Of a stretch of DNA of 64,000 nucleotides, positions 43,911 through 53,067 are shown one piece after another. Position 1 is the first letter of the stretch. Each line of letters opens with the position of its first letter. The DNA comes from an uncultured Candidatus Rokubacteria bacterium (GTDB taxonomy: Bacteria > Methylomirabilota > Methylomirabilia > Rokubacteriales > CSP1-6), in assembly GCA_963762145.1 (NCBI GenBank), contig CAVXJS010000021.1:1162671-1226670 (forward strand), given 5' to 3'. Both the position numbers and the translations under genes were made by a program. A model generated the notes under the pieces. It ran no database searches, was not told the DNA's origin, and saw nothing but the letters and a program-made list of their open reading frames with translations.

Positions 43911-44615
43911 GTGAGCACGCGACCGAGTCTCGGCCGCCGGCTGGCTGCGGAGTGTGTAGGCACCGCGATGCTCCTGGCGACGGTGGTTGGCTCAGGCATC
44001 ATGGCGGAGCGGTTGGCCGGCGGGAACGTCGCGGTCGCTCTTCTCGCTAATACAATCGCGACAGGTGCCGCCCTGGTCGCGCTCATCCTGACCTTCGGGC
44101 CGATCTCGGGCGCCCACTTCAATCCCGCCGTCACGCTGGCCGATGCCTGGCAAGGCGGCATCGAGTGGTCCGACGTGTCCGGATACATCGGGGTACAGGT
44201 CCTCGGGGCCTACGCCGGGGTGGCCGCGGCCCACGTGATGTTCGAGCTGCCGCTGTTCTTCGCCTCTCAGCACGTACGCTCCGGCCCGGCCCAGATGTTC
44301 AGCGAGTTCGTCGCGACATTCGGCCTGCTCGCGGTGATCTGGGGATGCGTCCGGTCCCACTCCGCGGCGGTGCCGTTCGCGGTCGCCGCGTACATCACCG
44401 CCGCCTACTGGTTCACGGCGTCCACGTCGTTCGCCAACCCGGCGGTGACCCTGGCGCGCGCCGCCTCGGATACCTTCGCGGGCATCCGCCCCGCCGATGC
44501 GCCCGGGTTCATCGTGGCGCAGCTCCTCGGAGCAGCCGCGGCGACGGGACTGTTTCGATGGCTCGTCCCGGCCTTGCCCGCCTCCGCACCGGACGTGGTG
44601 GTGCCATCACGGTGA
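43911..44615 (+). CDS. MIP/aquaporin (AqpS-like arsenic channel)
   Basis: SGAHFNPAVT, AYWFTASTSFANPAVT. Confidence 0.9.
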   Translation: MSTRPSLGRRLAAECVGTAMLLATVVGSGIMAERLAGGNVAVALLANTIATGAALVALILTFGPISGAHFNPAVTLADAWQGGIEWSDVSGYIGVQVLGAYAGVAAAHVMFELPLFFASQHVRSGPAQMFSEFVATFGLLAVIWGCVRSHSAAVPFAVAAYITAAYWFTASTSFANPAVTLARAASDTFAGIRPADAPGFIVAQLLGAAAATGLFRWLVPALPASAPDVVVPSR

Positions 44616-45889
44616 GTGTTTTCGAGCCGGGCGGGCGCAGCTGGCTGCTCGCCATCTGTGTCTCCCGGGTCGGCGCCTACATGATCTACATCGCCTTTGC
44701 GGCCACCCTCCCCGTCCTGCAGCGTGAGTGGCATCTCACGGGGACCGCGGCCGGGAGCATCGCCTCCGCCTTCCAGGTAGCCTACGCAGTCTCGCTCATG
44801 GGCTGCTCGGCGCTAGCCGACCGCGGCGGGGCGCGCCGAGTCTTCCTCATCGGCACCGTCGCCTCGGCGGTGGTCTCGGTCGTTTTCGCCATGTTCGCTC
44901 GCGACTACTGGTCCGCTTTGGTGCTCTACACACTACTCGCGCTGGCCTTGGGCGGCACGTACACGACGGGAATCCTGCTCGTCGCAGAGAACGTGCCGGT
45001 GGAGCGACGCGGCCGGGCAATGGGGAGCTATATCGCCGGTCATTCACTCGGACTGGCCGTGGCACTCATGCTCGCGGGCATCGCAATTCCGCGAGGTGGG
45101 TACGAGCTCGCATTCTGGCTTCTCGCCTCGGGCCCTGTCGTCGGAGGTCTGCTTGCCTGGATGGCCGTGCGATCGACCGCCAACGTGGTGACACCTCGCG
45201 CGGGCGGTCAACGTTTCGGCGGCGAAGTCCTCAAGAACCGACCGGCGATGCTGGTCATCGCTGGCTACACGTTTCATTCCTGGGAACTACTCGGCATGTG
45301 GGCTTGGACACCCGCATTTCTCGCCGCGTGCTTCGTGGCGGCCGGCTCCGAATTGACGCGCGGCGCTGGTCTCGGCGCCTACATGACGTCGCTGTTTCAC
45401 GTGACCGGCATGATCGCTTCGCTCCTGGCCGGGGTTTTCGCCGACCGCTTCGGCCGGACGCCGGTGATCCTGGTGATGGCGACGGTCAGCGCCGCGTGTT
45501 CGCTCATCTTCGGCTGGCTGATCGGGATGTCCCTGGCCCTGGTCGTCGTGGTGGGACTGCTATACGGGTTCGCTGCGCTGGGTGACTCCCCCATCTATTC
45601 CACCGCCATCACCGAGGTAGTGGCCCCGGCCTACCGCGGATCGGCCCTCGCCCTCCGCTCGCTCCTCGGATACGGAGCGGGCGCGGTCGCGCCGCTGCTC
45701 TTCGGCGCGATCCTGGACTGGTATGGGATCACGAATCCCGGCGCGTGGGGCTGGGCGTTCGTGAGCCTCGGCATCGCAGGCCTCGGGGCCGTGATCTCGG
45801 TGGTGCTATTGCACCGAACTCCTGAGGCGTCGGCCCTGCACCGGGGCAGCTCCCCACAGGCTTCAGCTATCTCGGAGGCGGCGCGATGA
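44612..45889 (+). CDS. MFS transporter
   Basis: ~12 TM; DRGGARR, HSWELLGMWAW, DRFGR, DSPIYS. Confidence 0.88.
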   Translation: MSVFEPGGRSWLLAICVSRVGAYMIYIAFAATLPVLQREWHLTGTAAGSIASAFQVAYAVSLMGCSALADRGGARRVFLIGTVASAVVSVVFAMFARDYWSALVLYTLLALALGGTYTTGILLVAENVPVERRGRAMGSYIAGHSLGLAVALMLAGIAIPRGGYELAFWLLASGPVVGGLLAWMAVRSTANVVTPRAGGQRFGGEVLKNRPAMLVIAGYTFHSWELLGMWAWTPAFLAACFVAAGSELTRGAGLGAYMTSLFHVTGMIASLLAGVFADRFGRTPVILVMATVSAACSLIFGWLIGMSLALVVVVGLLYGFAALGDSPIYSTAITEVVAPAYRGSALALRSLLGYGAGAVAPLLFGAILDWYGITNPGAWGWAFVSLGIAGLGAVISVVLLHRTPEASALHRGSSPQASAISEAAR

Positions 45890-46389
45890 CCAACGGAGCG
45901 CTCAAGACGCGACTGGCGACGACAGCCGACGCGGCGGCGATCGCGGCGATCTACAACGAGGGTATCGCCGACCGTATCGCGACCTTCGAGACCGAGCCCC
46001 GGACCCCGCAGCAGCTCACCACCCAGCTCACGGACAAGGGGGACCGCTTCCCCACCGTCGTGGTGGAGCGCGATGGACAGGTCGTGGCCTGGGCCAGCGC
46101 CGGCCCCTACCGGAGTCGCCCGGCCTATGCGGGCGTCGCGGAGCATTCGGTGTACGTGGCCCGCGCGGCCCGCGGGACCGGCGCGGGACGGGTGGCGCTG
46201 GAAGCGCTCTGCCGCGTCTATGCCGAGCGGGGTTTCTGGAAGATCCTGTCGCGGATCTTCCCGGAGAATACGGCGAGCCTGGCCCTTCACGAACGATGCG
46301 GGTTCCGGGTGGTGGGTGTCTATCACCGCCACGGTAAGCTCGAAGGAGAGTGGCGAGATTGCGTGATCGTGGAGCGTCTCCTCCAGTGA
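45886..46389 (+). CDS. arsN1: Arsinothricin-resistance N-acetyltransferase ArsN1-like
   Basis: IYNEGIADRIATFETEPR, YAGVAEHSVYV, RIFPENTASLALH, HGKLEGEWRD. Confidence 0.8.
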   Translation: MTNGALKTRLATTADAAAIAAIYNEGIADRIATFETEPRTPQQLTTQLTDKGDRFPTVVVERDGQVVAWASAGPYRSRPAYAGVAEHSVYVARAARGTGAGRVALEALCRVYAERGFWKILSRIFPENTASLALHERCGFRVVGVYHRHGKLEGEWRDCVIVERLLQ

Positions 46390-46808
46390 CCAAACCGAGG
46401 GTTCTCTTTCTGTGCACCCACAACTCGGCGCGAAGCCAGATGGCCGAGGGGTTTCTCCGTGCCATGGCCGGCGACCGCTTCGAGGCGGGGAGCGCCGGTA
46501 CGGAGAAGACCGCGGTGAACCCGCTGGCGATCCGAGCGATGGCCGAGAAGAACATCGACATCAGCCATCACACGTCGAAGCGGTACGAGGATATCGCTCA
46601 GCCGCCGTGGGACTATCTCGTCACGGTTTGCGACGACGCCAAGGAGCATTGCCCGTTCGTGCCCGGCACCGTGAAGCGCCTGCACTGGTCCTTCGAGGAT
46701 CCCTCGCGAGCGACCGGTGACGAGGCCCAGCGGCTCGCGGTCTTCCGTCGGGTGCGGGACCAGATCCACGAACGCCTGGCCGCCTGGCTGAAAGCGCCCA
46801 CCCCCTGA
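46386..46808 (+). CDS. arsC: Thioredoxin-coupled arsenate reductase (LMW-PTP fold)
   Basis: CTHNSARSQMAE, VTVCDDAKEHCP, HWSFEDP. Confidence 0.92.
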   Translation: MTKPRVLFLCTHNSARSQMAEGFLRAMAGDRFEAGSAGTEKTAVNPLAIRAMAEKNIDISHHTSKRYEDIAQPPWDYLVTVCDDAKEHCPFVPGTVKRLHWSFEDPSRATGDEAQRLAVFRRVRDQIHERLAAWLKAPTP

Positions 46809-46831
46809 CTCCGGCTCGCCTCGTCGCCTGC

Positions 46832-48028
46832 GTGTGCGCGGCGCAGGTGTGCGCGCAGATCGGATCGTACACCTGGCCCGCCTTGCTTCCGGTCTTCATG
46901 AGCGAGTGGCACCTCACGAACCGAGAGGCCGGCTGGATCACCGGGGTGCTGTACGCCGCCTATGCCGTGTCCGTGCCGATCCTGGTCACCCTGACGGATC
47001 GGGTCGACGCGCGCCGCGTCTACCTGTCGGGCGTGGCGCTCACGGTCGCGAGCCATCTGGGATTCGCAGTCTTTGCGGAGGGGTTCTGGAGCGCCCTGGC
47101 GATGCGGGCGCTGGCCGGCGTAGGCTGGGCGGGCACCTACATGACCGGCTTGAAGCTGCTGGCCGACCGGGTCGATCCGGTGCTGATGTCACGCGCGGTC
47201 GCCGGTCACGCCGCGAGCATCGGGATCGCCGGCTCGCTCTCGTTCGTGTTTGCCGGCGCCCTGAGCCACTGGTACGGCTGGCGTGAAGCCTTCCTGGGAG
47301 GCGCGCTGGTGACGCTGGTGGCCTGGCTCCTGGTCTTCTGGTGGGTGCCCGCTCGAGAGCGCCACGCCCATCCCGCGCCTTCCGGCGCGCTGTTCGACTT
47401 CCGACCCGTATTCCGAAACCGCTCCGCCATGGCCTACGCGCTGGGCTACTGGGCCCACACATGGGAGATGAACGCGCTGCGCGGCTGGGTCGTCGCCTTC
47501 CTCACGTACGTGGCCGCGACAACCGGGGAGACGCCCTGGCTTGCCCCAACCACCGTGGCGATGCTGATGGGTCTCGTCGGAACGTGGGTGAGTGTGGCGG
47601 GCAACGAGGCATCGATCCGCCTTGGCCGACAGCGGTTGGTGCACCTGGCCATGACCGGCTCCGCGCTCTGCGGTGCCGTGATCGGCTTCCTGGGCCCGCG
47701 ATCGTATCTGCTCGCCGCTCTCCTGGTGCTCGTCTACGGGTTGCTGATCTGGCTAGATTCCTCGTCTCTCACTGCCGGGGCGGCCGGGAGCGCCGATCCC
47801 AAGCGTCGCGGGGCGACCCTGGCGATCCATTCGATGTCCGGGTATGTCGGCGGGTTCATCGGCCCGATCGTGATCGGCTGGATCCTGGACCTCTCGGGAG
47901 GCATGTCGGTCCGGGGCTGGGGGCTTGCCTTCCTGCACGTTGCCATCATCATGGGAGTCGGCCAGGTCGCCTTTCGCCTCCTGGCGCCCCGCGACCTGGC
48001 CGGTGACCGGAGCCCGAGCCGGCGCTGA
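46832..48028 (+). CDS. MFS transporter (same subfamily as 44612-45889; may start at CTG 46805)
   Basis: DRVDARR, HTWEMNALRGW, LDSSSLTAG. Confidence 0.88.
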   Translation: MCAAQVCAQIGSYTWPALLPVFMSEWHLTNREAGWITGVLYAAYAVSVPILVTLTDRVDARRVYLSGVALTVASHLGFAVFAEGFWSALAMRALAGVGWAGTYMTGLKLLADRVDPVLMSRAVAGHAASIGIAGSLSFVFAGALSHWYGWREAFLGGALVTLVAWLLVFWWVPARERHAHPAPSGALFDFRPVFRNRSAMAYALGYWAHTWEMNALRGWVVAFLTYVAATTGETPWLAPTTVAMLMGLVGTWVSVAGNEASIRLGRQRLVHLAMTGSALCGAVIGFLGPRSYLLAALLVLVYGLLIWLDSSSLTAGAAGSADPKRRGATLAIHSMSGYVGGFIGPIVIGWILDLSGGMSVRGWGLAFLHVAIIMGVGQVAFRLLAPRDLAGDRSPSRR

Positions 48029-48204
48029 GTTACGAGAACGCTTCAATTCCCCTGTTTGCGAATCAGTTGCTACCACTGGCACGGCCACCCGCTTATACCA
48101 GCCGCACGCGTGCTATAAGCCAAGTTCCAGCTAAGTTGAGGAGCGGGGTAGGGCGCTGCCCCACATGCCGGGCGGGCAAACTAGTCGAAATAAACCGAAT
48201 CAAA

Positions 48205-48249
48205 TGGTGGGCTGGGACGGGATTGAACCGCCGACACCAGGATTTTCAG
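48205..48249 (-). tRNA. 3' half of tRNA-Phe(GAA): att-site duplication, not a full tRNA
   Basis: Minus strand CTGAAAATCCTGGTGTCGGCGGTTCAATCCCGTCCCAGCCCACCA; similarity stops at the anticodon loop. Confidence 0.85.
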
Positions 48250-48506
48250 ACCCGCCGCCACCGCCTACCTCAGGCACGTGATCCGGGGGCATTCGTTGTG
48301 ATCCGGGGTTTTCTGGGCGCGGGCCTGACGTGCTGCTCACGCACCTGGCCCGACGGCAACCAATGAGTCAGTCCGAGTAGGGTTCGAGTCGCTATTGTTC
48401 GTAGCTCGGGTGCTCGCTTCGCCGCTTGGTCCCCTGCGACCGCATGTGCGGCTCGTCCTGTGGCCACGTTCCAGTGTCGCCAACGCGCTGCCCTCACATC
48501 GGGTGC

Positions 48507-48571
48507 GCCGAACGGCGCGCGAACCGGCGCGCGGCGCCGTTTCGCGCGTCTGGTTCAGCGCAGAGTTAGGT
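48507..48571 (-). repeat. attC site 4
   Basis: ACCTAAC-TCTGC-GCTGAACC...GGTTCGC-GCGCC-GTTCGGC. Confidence 0.75.
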
Positions 48572-48639
48572 GGCGACGAATTCGATTGAAGGGAGTGACC
48601 GCATTCCGGCAAAGCCGTGAGCGATCTGTAACGGCTCGA

Positions 48640-49623
48640 TCACTGGATCACCTCGTCCGCACGCTGTAGCAGCGATTGCGGAATAGCAATACCGAGTGCC
48701 TTTGCGGTCTTGAGGTTGATGACCAGCTCAAACTTCGTTGGTTGCTCCACCGGAATATCGGCGGGTTTTGCGCCCTTAAGAATCTTGTCTACGAAGCTAG
48801 CTGCGCTGCGCCAATGCCATGCGTTGGATGAAAGATAGGACATCAAGCCGCCAGCAGCGACGTACTCACGGCCGCCGAAGCTGGATGGCACCTCGAATCG
48901 AAGCGTCAGCCCGATGATGTGGATACGGTGTGAAAAAAAAATCGGGTCGGGCACGACTACGAGCGCCCCGCCTTTGGCGCGCGCAATGGCTTCGTTCAGT
49001 TCGCCTTCTACCGCGACGTCGATACGGTCAAGGCGAAGGCCCAGTGTCTTCGCGCGCAACGACATCGCGTCAAAGAAGAATCCGTTGGCAGGATTGGCGC
49101 CGTTCATCAGCACGCTGATCCTCTTGAGTTGCGGCACGGCAGCCGACAGCAATTCCACTTGTTTGGAAAGAACCTCTTCGCCCGCCGCCGAAGTGCCAGT
49201 GAGGTCGCCGCCCGGCCGGGCCAGGCTGGCGACGAATTTCGCCCCCATAGGGTCCCCGGCGTTGATCATGACAACAGGCAGTCTAGGAGCACCATCACGC
49301 GTCGCGCGGATCGCAGCCGTGCCGACCGCAAGGATCAGCGCCACCGGAAGCGCCTTGAGTTCGGCGGCGAGTTCGCGCTGGCGCCGCGGATTCACGCCCG
49401 CCCAACGAATCTCGATTGCGAGGTTCTTTCCTTCGACCCAGCCCAGGTCGCGCAAACCCATGCGCAGTTCTTTCAGGTCGATCCGCCCCCCGGGTGTGGG
49501 TTCGGTATACGGAGCAAGCAATCCAATCCTGAAAACCTTGCCTGTCGGCTGTGCGCGAATCGGAGCTGCCTCGATCAGGCATGATCCGGCGACGAAGGTA
49601 ACGAATGTCCGCCGGTCGATCAC
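48640..49623 (-). CDS. ABC transporter substrate-binding protein (ABC_sub_bind), cassette 4
   Basis: DRRTF signal, VASLARPGGDLTG, VDKILKGAKPADIPVEQPTKFELVINLKTAKALG. Confidence 0.92.
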   Translation of the reverse strand: MIDRRTFVTFVAGSCLIEAAPIRAQPTGKVFRIGLLAPYTEPTPGGRIDLKELRMGLRDLGWVEGKNLAIEIRWAGVNPRRQRELAAELKALPVALILAVGTAAIRATRDGAPRLPVVMINAGDPMGAKFVASLARPGGDLTGTSAAGEEVLSKQVELLSAAVPQLKRISVLMNGANPANGFFFDAMSLRAKTLGLRLDRIDVAVEGELNEAIARAKGGALVVVPDPIFFSHRIHIIGLTLRFEVPSSFGGREYVAAGGLMSYLSSNAWHWRSAASFVDKILKGAKPADIPVEQPTKFELVINLKTAKALGIAIPQSLLQRADEVIQ

Positions 49624-49735
49624 TGAAACACCTCGTCGACTAGAGGAAGCCCAGCTATCGTACGCCTACAGCGGGAATTGAGCGCCACCAACGAGAACCT
49701 GCCCTGGGCGGAATTCCGACGCCCGATGGGTTGCC

Positions 49736-49793
49736 GCCCAACGGTCCGTATCAGCCGCGGCCGAAGGCCGTCGGCTGGATACGGTAGTTCGGG
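49736..49793 (-). repeat. attC site 3
   Basis: CCCGAAC-TACCG-TATCCAGC-CGACGGCCTTCGGCCGCG-GCTGATAC-GGACC-GTTGGGC, with extrahelical bases. Confidence 0.8.
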
Positions 49794-49825
49794 TTCGCGC
49801 CGGCTCGGCCATGGAATGCCAGCCC

Positions 49826-50800
49826 CTATTCGATGACATGATCCGCCCGTAGCAACAATGGCCGCGGGATCGTAAGGCTCAGCGTTTTGGCGGTCTTCAA
49901 GTTGAAGACGAGTTGGAAATGTGTGGGCTGCTCCACGGGTAAATCGCCGGGTGCGGCGCCTTTGAGGATCTTGTCGACGTAGATGGCCGCACGCTTTGGC
50001 AGATCGCTGAACTCCGACGCATAGGCGACCAGCCCGCCCGCTTCCGCGAAACGCCGGAGGCCGGACACTGCAGGTAACCGGTGTTTTAGCGTGAGTCGCA
50101 CGAGCGTCGATCGGACCTCCGGATCGACCGTGAAGATGGGCTGGACGACAATGCCTCCAACCCGATCTCGCGCGATCGAGCCGAGCGCGGTCTCGAGTTC
50201 TCCAATGCTTCCCAGGATGACGGGCCGACATTGGAGGCCGAGTCGCCGGGCCGACGATTCGGCCTCGCCGAGAAACTCGCGATGTAGCGGATCGTCGCTG
50301 TGCACCACGCACGCGAACCGCGTGGCGCGAGGCAAGGCTTCGTGGAGTAGTTCGACGGTCTTGCCGGCCAATTCGATCAACGCCAGCGACAGGCCCGTGA
50401 CGTTGCCCCCTGGCCGTGCCAAGTTGGTGACGAGCCCTGTCCGGAGCGCGTCACCGGCCGCGGCCATAATGATCGGAATGTGGCGCGTCGCCTCCATGGC
50501 CGCCTGAACGCTCGGCGTAGCAGAGGCGACGATGAGGTCCATGTTCGCGCGGACTAGTGCTTCGGCCAGCATGGGGAGACGATTGGTCTGGCCGTCTGCC
50601 CAGCGGTGCTCGATGACGACGTTGCGCCCTTCGACGTAGCCGAGGTCGACAAGGGCTCGCCGGAACCCCTCCCGGAACGGTTCCGGGGCGCCAAAGGACA
50701 GTACACCGATGCGGGCGACTTTGTCCGCTTGCTGCGCCGCGAGGACGACTGGTGCGACAAGAACGGTCAGGGTGCCGGCGAGAAAGACCCGACGCTCCAT
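49826..50800 (-). CDS. ABC transporter substrate-binding protein (ABC_sub_bind), cassette 3
   Basis: MERRVFL, NLARPGGNVTG, VDKILKGAAPGDLPVEQPT. Confidence 0.92.
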   Translation of the reverse strand: MERRVFLAGTLTVLVAPVVLAAQQADKVARIGVLSFGAPEPFREGFRRALVDLGYVEGRNVVIEHRWADGQTNRLPMLAEALVRANMDLIVASATPSVQAAMEATRHIPIIMAAAGDALRTGLVTNLARPGGNVTGLSLALIELAGKTVELLHEALPRATRFACVVHSDDPLHREFLGEAESSARRLGLQCRPVILGSIGELETALGSIARDRVGGIVVQPIFTVDPEVRSTLVRLTLKHRLPAVSGLRRFAEAGGLVAYASEFSDLPKRAAIYVDKILKGAAPGDLPVEQPTHFQLVFNLKTAKTLSLTIPRPLLLRADHVIE

Positions 50801-50872
50801 CACCCACCTGGGCTGAGTCGTTCGACCGTTATCACTGCGCACTGTGCCAGTCGTGCTGCCGGTGCCCGCGAA

Positions 50873-50930
50873 GCCTAACGCTTGAGCTCAGCCGCGCGCG
50901 GAGGCCGCAGGCTGCAGCGATGGGTTGGGC
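50873..50930 (-). repeat. attC site 2
   Basis: GCCCAAC-CCATC-GCTGCAGC...GCTGAGCT-CAAGC-GTTAGGC. Confidence 0.85.
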
Positions 50931-50976
50931 CGCGCTCGTTGGGACCAAAGCATTGCCGTTGGCAAAGCAGCCTGAC

Positions 50977-51408
50977 CTATTTCCTGATTACAGATTCTGC
51001 CGGGCGCGGCGTCGTAATTGGATCAGCGTGGCGATGAACGAGCCTCCACTCGCCTTGCTCGCTCCGAAACACGCTCGTGACGCGGGCAGCTATGGGTACC
51101 AATTCCGCGCCGCCACCGACCTTTGCTCTTCCGCGCTCTACCTCGACGACACATGCTAAATCGGCACTAGCGTAGATCGCGATTAGATCTGCCGCAGTCA
51201 CCTGCCCGTCGCGGTAGTGCGACGCCGCACCATCAAGTGTTGCCTCGACCTTCTTCCGGCCGTGCGCATACGGTCCGAAGGGATTGCCTAGCGTGATGTC
51301 CTCGCGCTGAGAGAACAAAGCCTTGTACCCACTGGAGTCTCCTTTGAGGATCAACGCTAGCGCCTCGTGACTTCGCTCGATTGCGCGTTCAAGGTCGGTC
51401 GTTGCCAT
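50977..51408 (-). CDS. NTF2/SnoaL-like protein, cassette 2
   Basis: LGNPFG, RVTSVFR..GEWRLVHRHADP. Confidence 0.85.
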   Translation of the reverse strand: MATTDLERAIERSHEALALILKGDSSGYKALFSQREDITLGNPFGPYAHGRKKVEATLDGAASHYRDGQVTAADLIAIYASADLACVVEVERGRAKVGGGAELVPIAARVTSVFRSEQGEWRLVHRHADPITTPRPAESVIRK

Positions 51409-51483
51409 ATGCCCTTCTCCGTTTGCTTGATTGCGCGGTCTTCGCGGGCGCATCTCGATGCCCGGGCGGCGTGTGAGCGCGCG

Positions 51484-51554
51484 GCCCAACGCCACGTTGA
51501 CCGGCCGTGGCGAGCGAATGCGAGCCAGCGGTCCGTTCGAACGTGAAGTTGGGC
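51484..51554 (-). repeat. attC site 1
   Basis: GCCCAAC-TTCAC-GTTCGAAC...GGTCAAC-GTGGC-GTTGGGC. Confidence 0.82.
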
Positions 51555-51592
51555 GTCACGCCGCGGGCAGGCAGTTCCGAGGAATCCCTCGA

Positions 51593-52012
51593 TCACTTGC
51601 GATCCACTCCGTGCGCAACCTGACGTTGGTACTCCACAGCATCGAAGTTGCCGAGCGATTCGGCGCCCAAGCCACCACTACCAATCCGCCACTCTTCGGA
51701 TCCGCTGATACGAACCCGCTTGCCAGTACCACCAGGTCCGCTGTTGGTGCCTTCTAAGGTCCACTTGTAGATCACCTTGCCCCGTTGCTCGAGCAGATCA
51801 TCCATATATACCTTGAGATCAGGAAAGGCACTCATGAACCCCTGCGCAGCTTCGGTGATCGCGCTTCGTCCCACCGACGGGGTGCCTCCATTGATGGTCA
51901 GCGAGCCGCCTGGAGCAAAGAACGCAGCAACGCTGGCCGCATCCTGGCTGCACCAGGCAGCCGTATATCGGGTGGCAAACTCACGGAGCTCAGTCATTCT
52001 GTCTTGTGCCAT
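51593..52012 (-). CDS. SnoaL-like ester cyclase family protein, cassette 1
   Basis: RYTAAW, FMSAFPDL, WTLEGTNSGPGGTGKRVRISG. Confidence 0.85.
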   Translation of the reverse strand: MAQDRMTELREFATRYTAAWCSQDAASVAAFFAPGGSLTINGGTPSVGRSAITEAAQGFMSAFPDLKVYMDDLLEQRGKVIYKWTLEGTNSGPGGTGKRVRISGSEEWRIGSGGLGAESLGNFDAVEYQRQVAHGVDRK

Positions 52013-52063
52013 GGGCTCCTCCGGTGGATGGGTGCGTATCCGCGGAATCACTGTATTCGTGAC

Positions 52064-52095
52064 GTCCAACTAGAATTATCTAGACCTGGATAACG
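52064..52095 (-). other. Putative attI site
   Basis: Minus strand GTTATCCAGGTCTAGATAATTCTA-GTTGGAC: a GTTRRRY core at the head of the array with no attC partner. Confidence 0.55.
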
Positions 52096-53067
52096 GCGTA
52101 CACTGCAGTCCCGGTCAGGCTAATCCGCCCGAGCGACCGGTTCATCCTGAGCAGAAAGCCTTCGCTGATCCGCCTTTGCCCCATCGTCCTGTCTTGGCCC
52201 CGCAGTGTTACACAGACCCGCGTAATCCGGTAGATCAGGGCAACGGGCCTGCTCCTCTTACGCGCCGCGCCGAGTCTGCGCGGCGCCAGTGGATCCTGAC
52301 CTGCAGGAAAAGGGCGATGAATCCCTTGGATCCGGGGACGGGTATCGGGGGGCTGGAGCCGTCCAGACCGATGCCGCCGCCACGGATTCCGTGACGGCCC
52401 GCGAGCTGCGCATCGGGAACCGTGCGGTGGGGCAATCCGCCGGACGATTCCGCCTGCGTCAGCCGCAGGCCCTCAGAGAACTCGGCCTTAACCTTAAGGC
52501 TGGCGCCTCCGTTCCCCGAGCCACGGCCTCGGTGTCCAGGTCCGCCAGTTCGCAAGCGTCGTCCAAGATCAATCCGTGAATAGTGCTTCCGGGCCGCGCC
52601 GAGGACTTCCAATCCCGAGCGCGCGGATCCGAAGACGTTGCCTCAAGTCAGTTCGCGAATAACATCGTGGGGTGATCCCCGCTACTCGTGGAGTGCACTT
52701 TCAGGTTGTTGCCAGGGCCCGCAAGCACTTGCAGGCAAACAGGTCACTCGCATTCCGGTTCGATGTCATGCTCTGAAGCTCGCGCGGAGGGCTTTATCTG
52801 CGCTGTGTCTCCGGCGGGGCGGCTGGCGTCTGAGTCTCGCATTATGTCACGGGGACGGGGCCCACGGACGGGGCGACCGCGCCGCCGGAGGGGGCCAATG
52901 CTGCCTACGCTCGGCCCCGCTGCTCGCCCTCACGCACAGTGGGCCCGCTCGCCACCTTGCTCGTATCCATGTGCAGGGTCGCGTGGCGGCCCTCCAGGTT
53001 CCGGTGCCTTCCCGCCGCCACGCTGTCCCTTGCCGGACGTTTCGTCGACGAGGCTGAAGGTCCGCTG

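Larger units (their letters stand above)
48507..52095 (-). mobile_element. Integron cassette array without nearby intI (CALIN-like), 4 cassettes
   Basis: Four attC sites plus an attI-like site, all co-oriented with the cassette genes. Confidence 0.8.

Noticed and set aside
52100-53060. Expected integron integrase next to attI
   Set aside because: No tyrosine-recombinase motifs (HxLRH, Y) in the ORFs there; the short ORFs look spurious or degenerate
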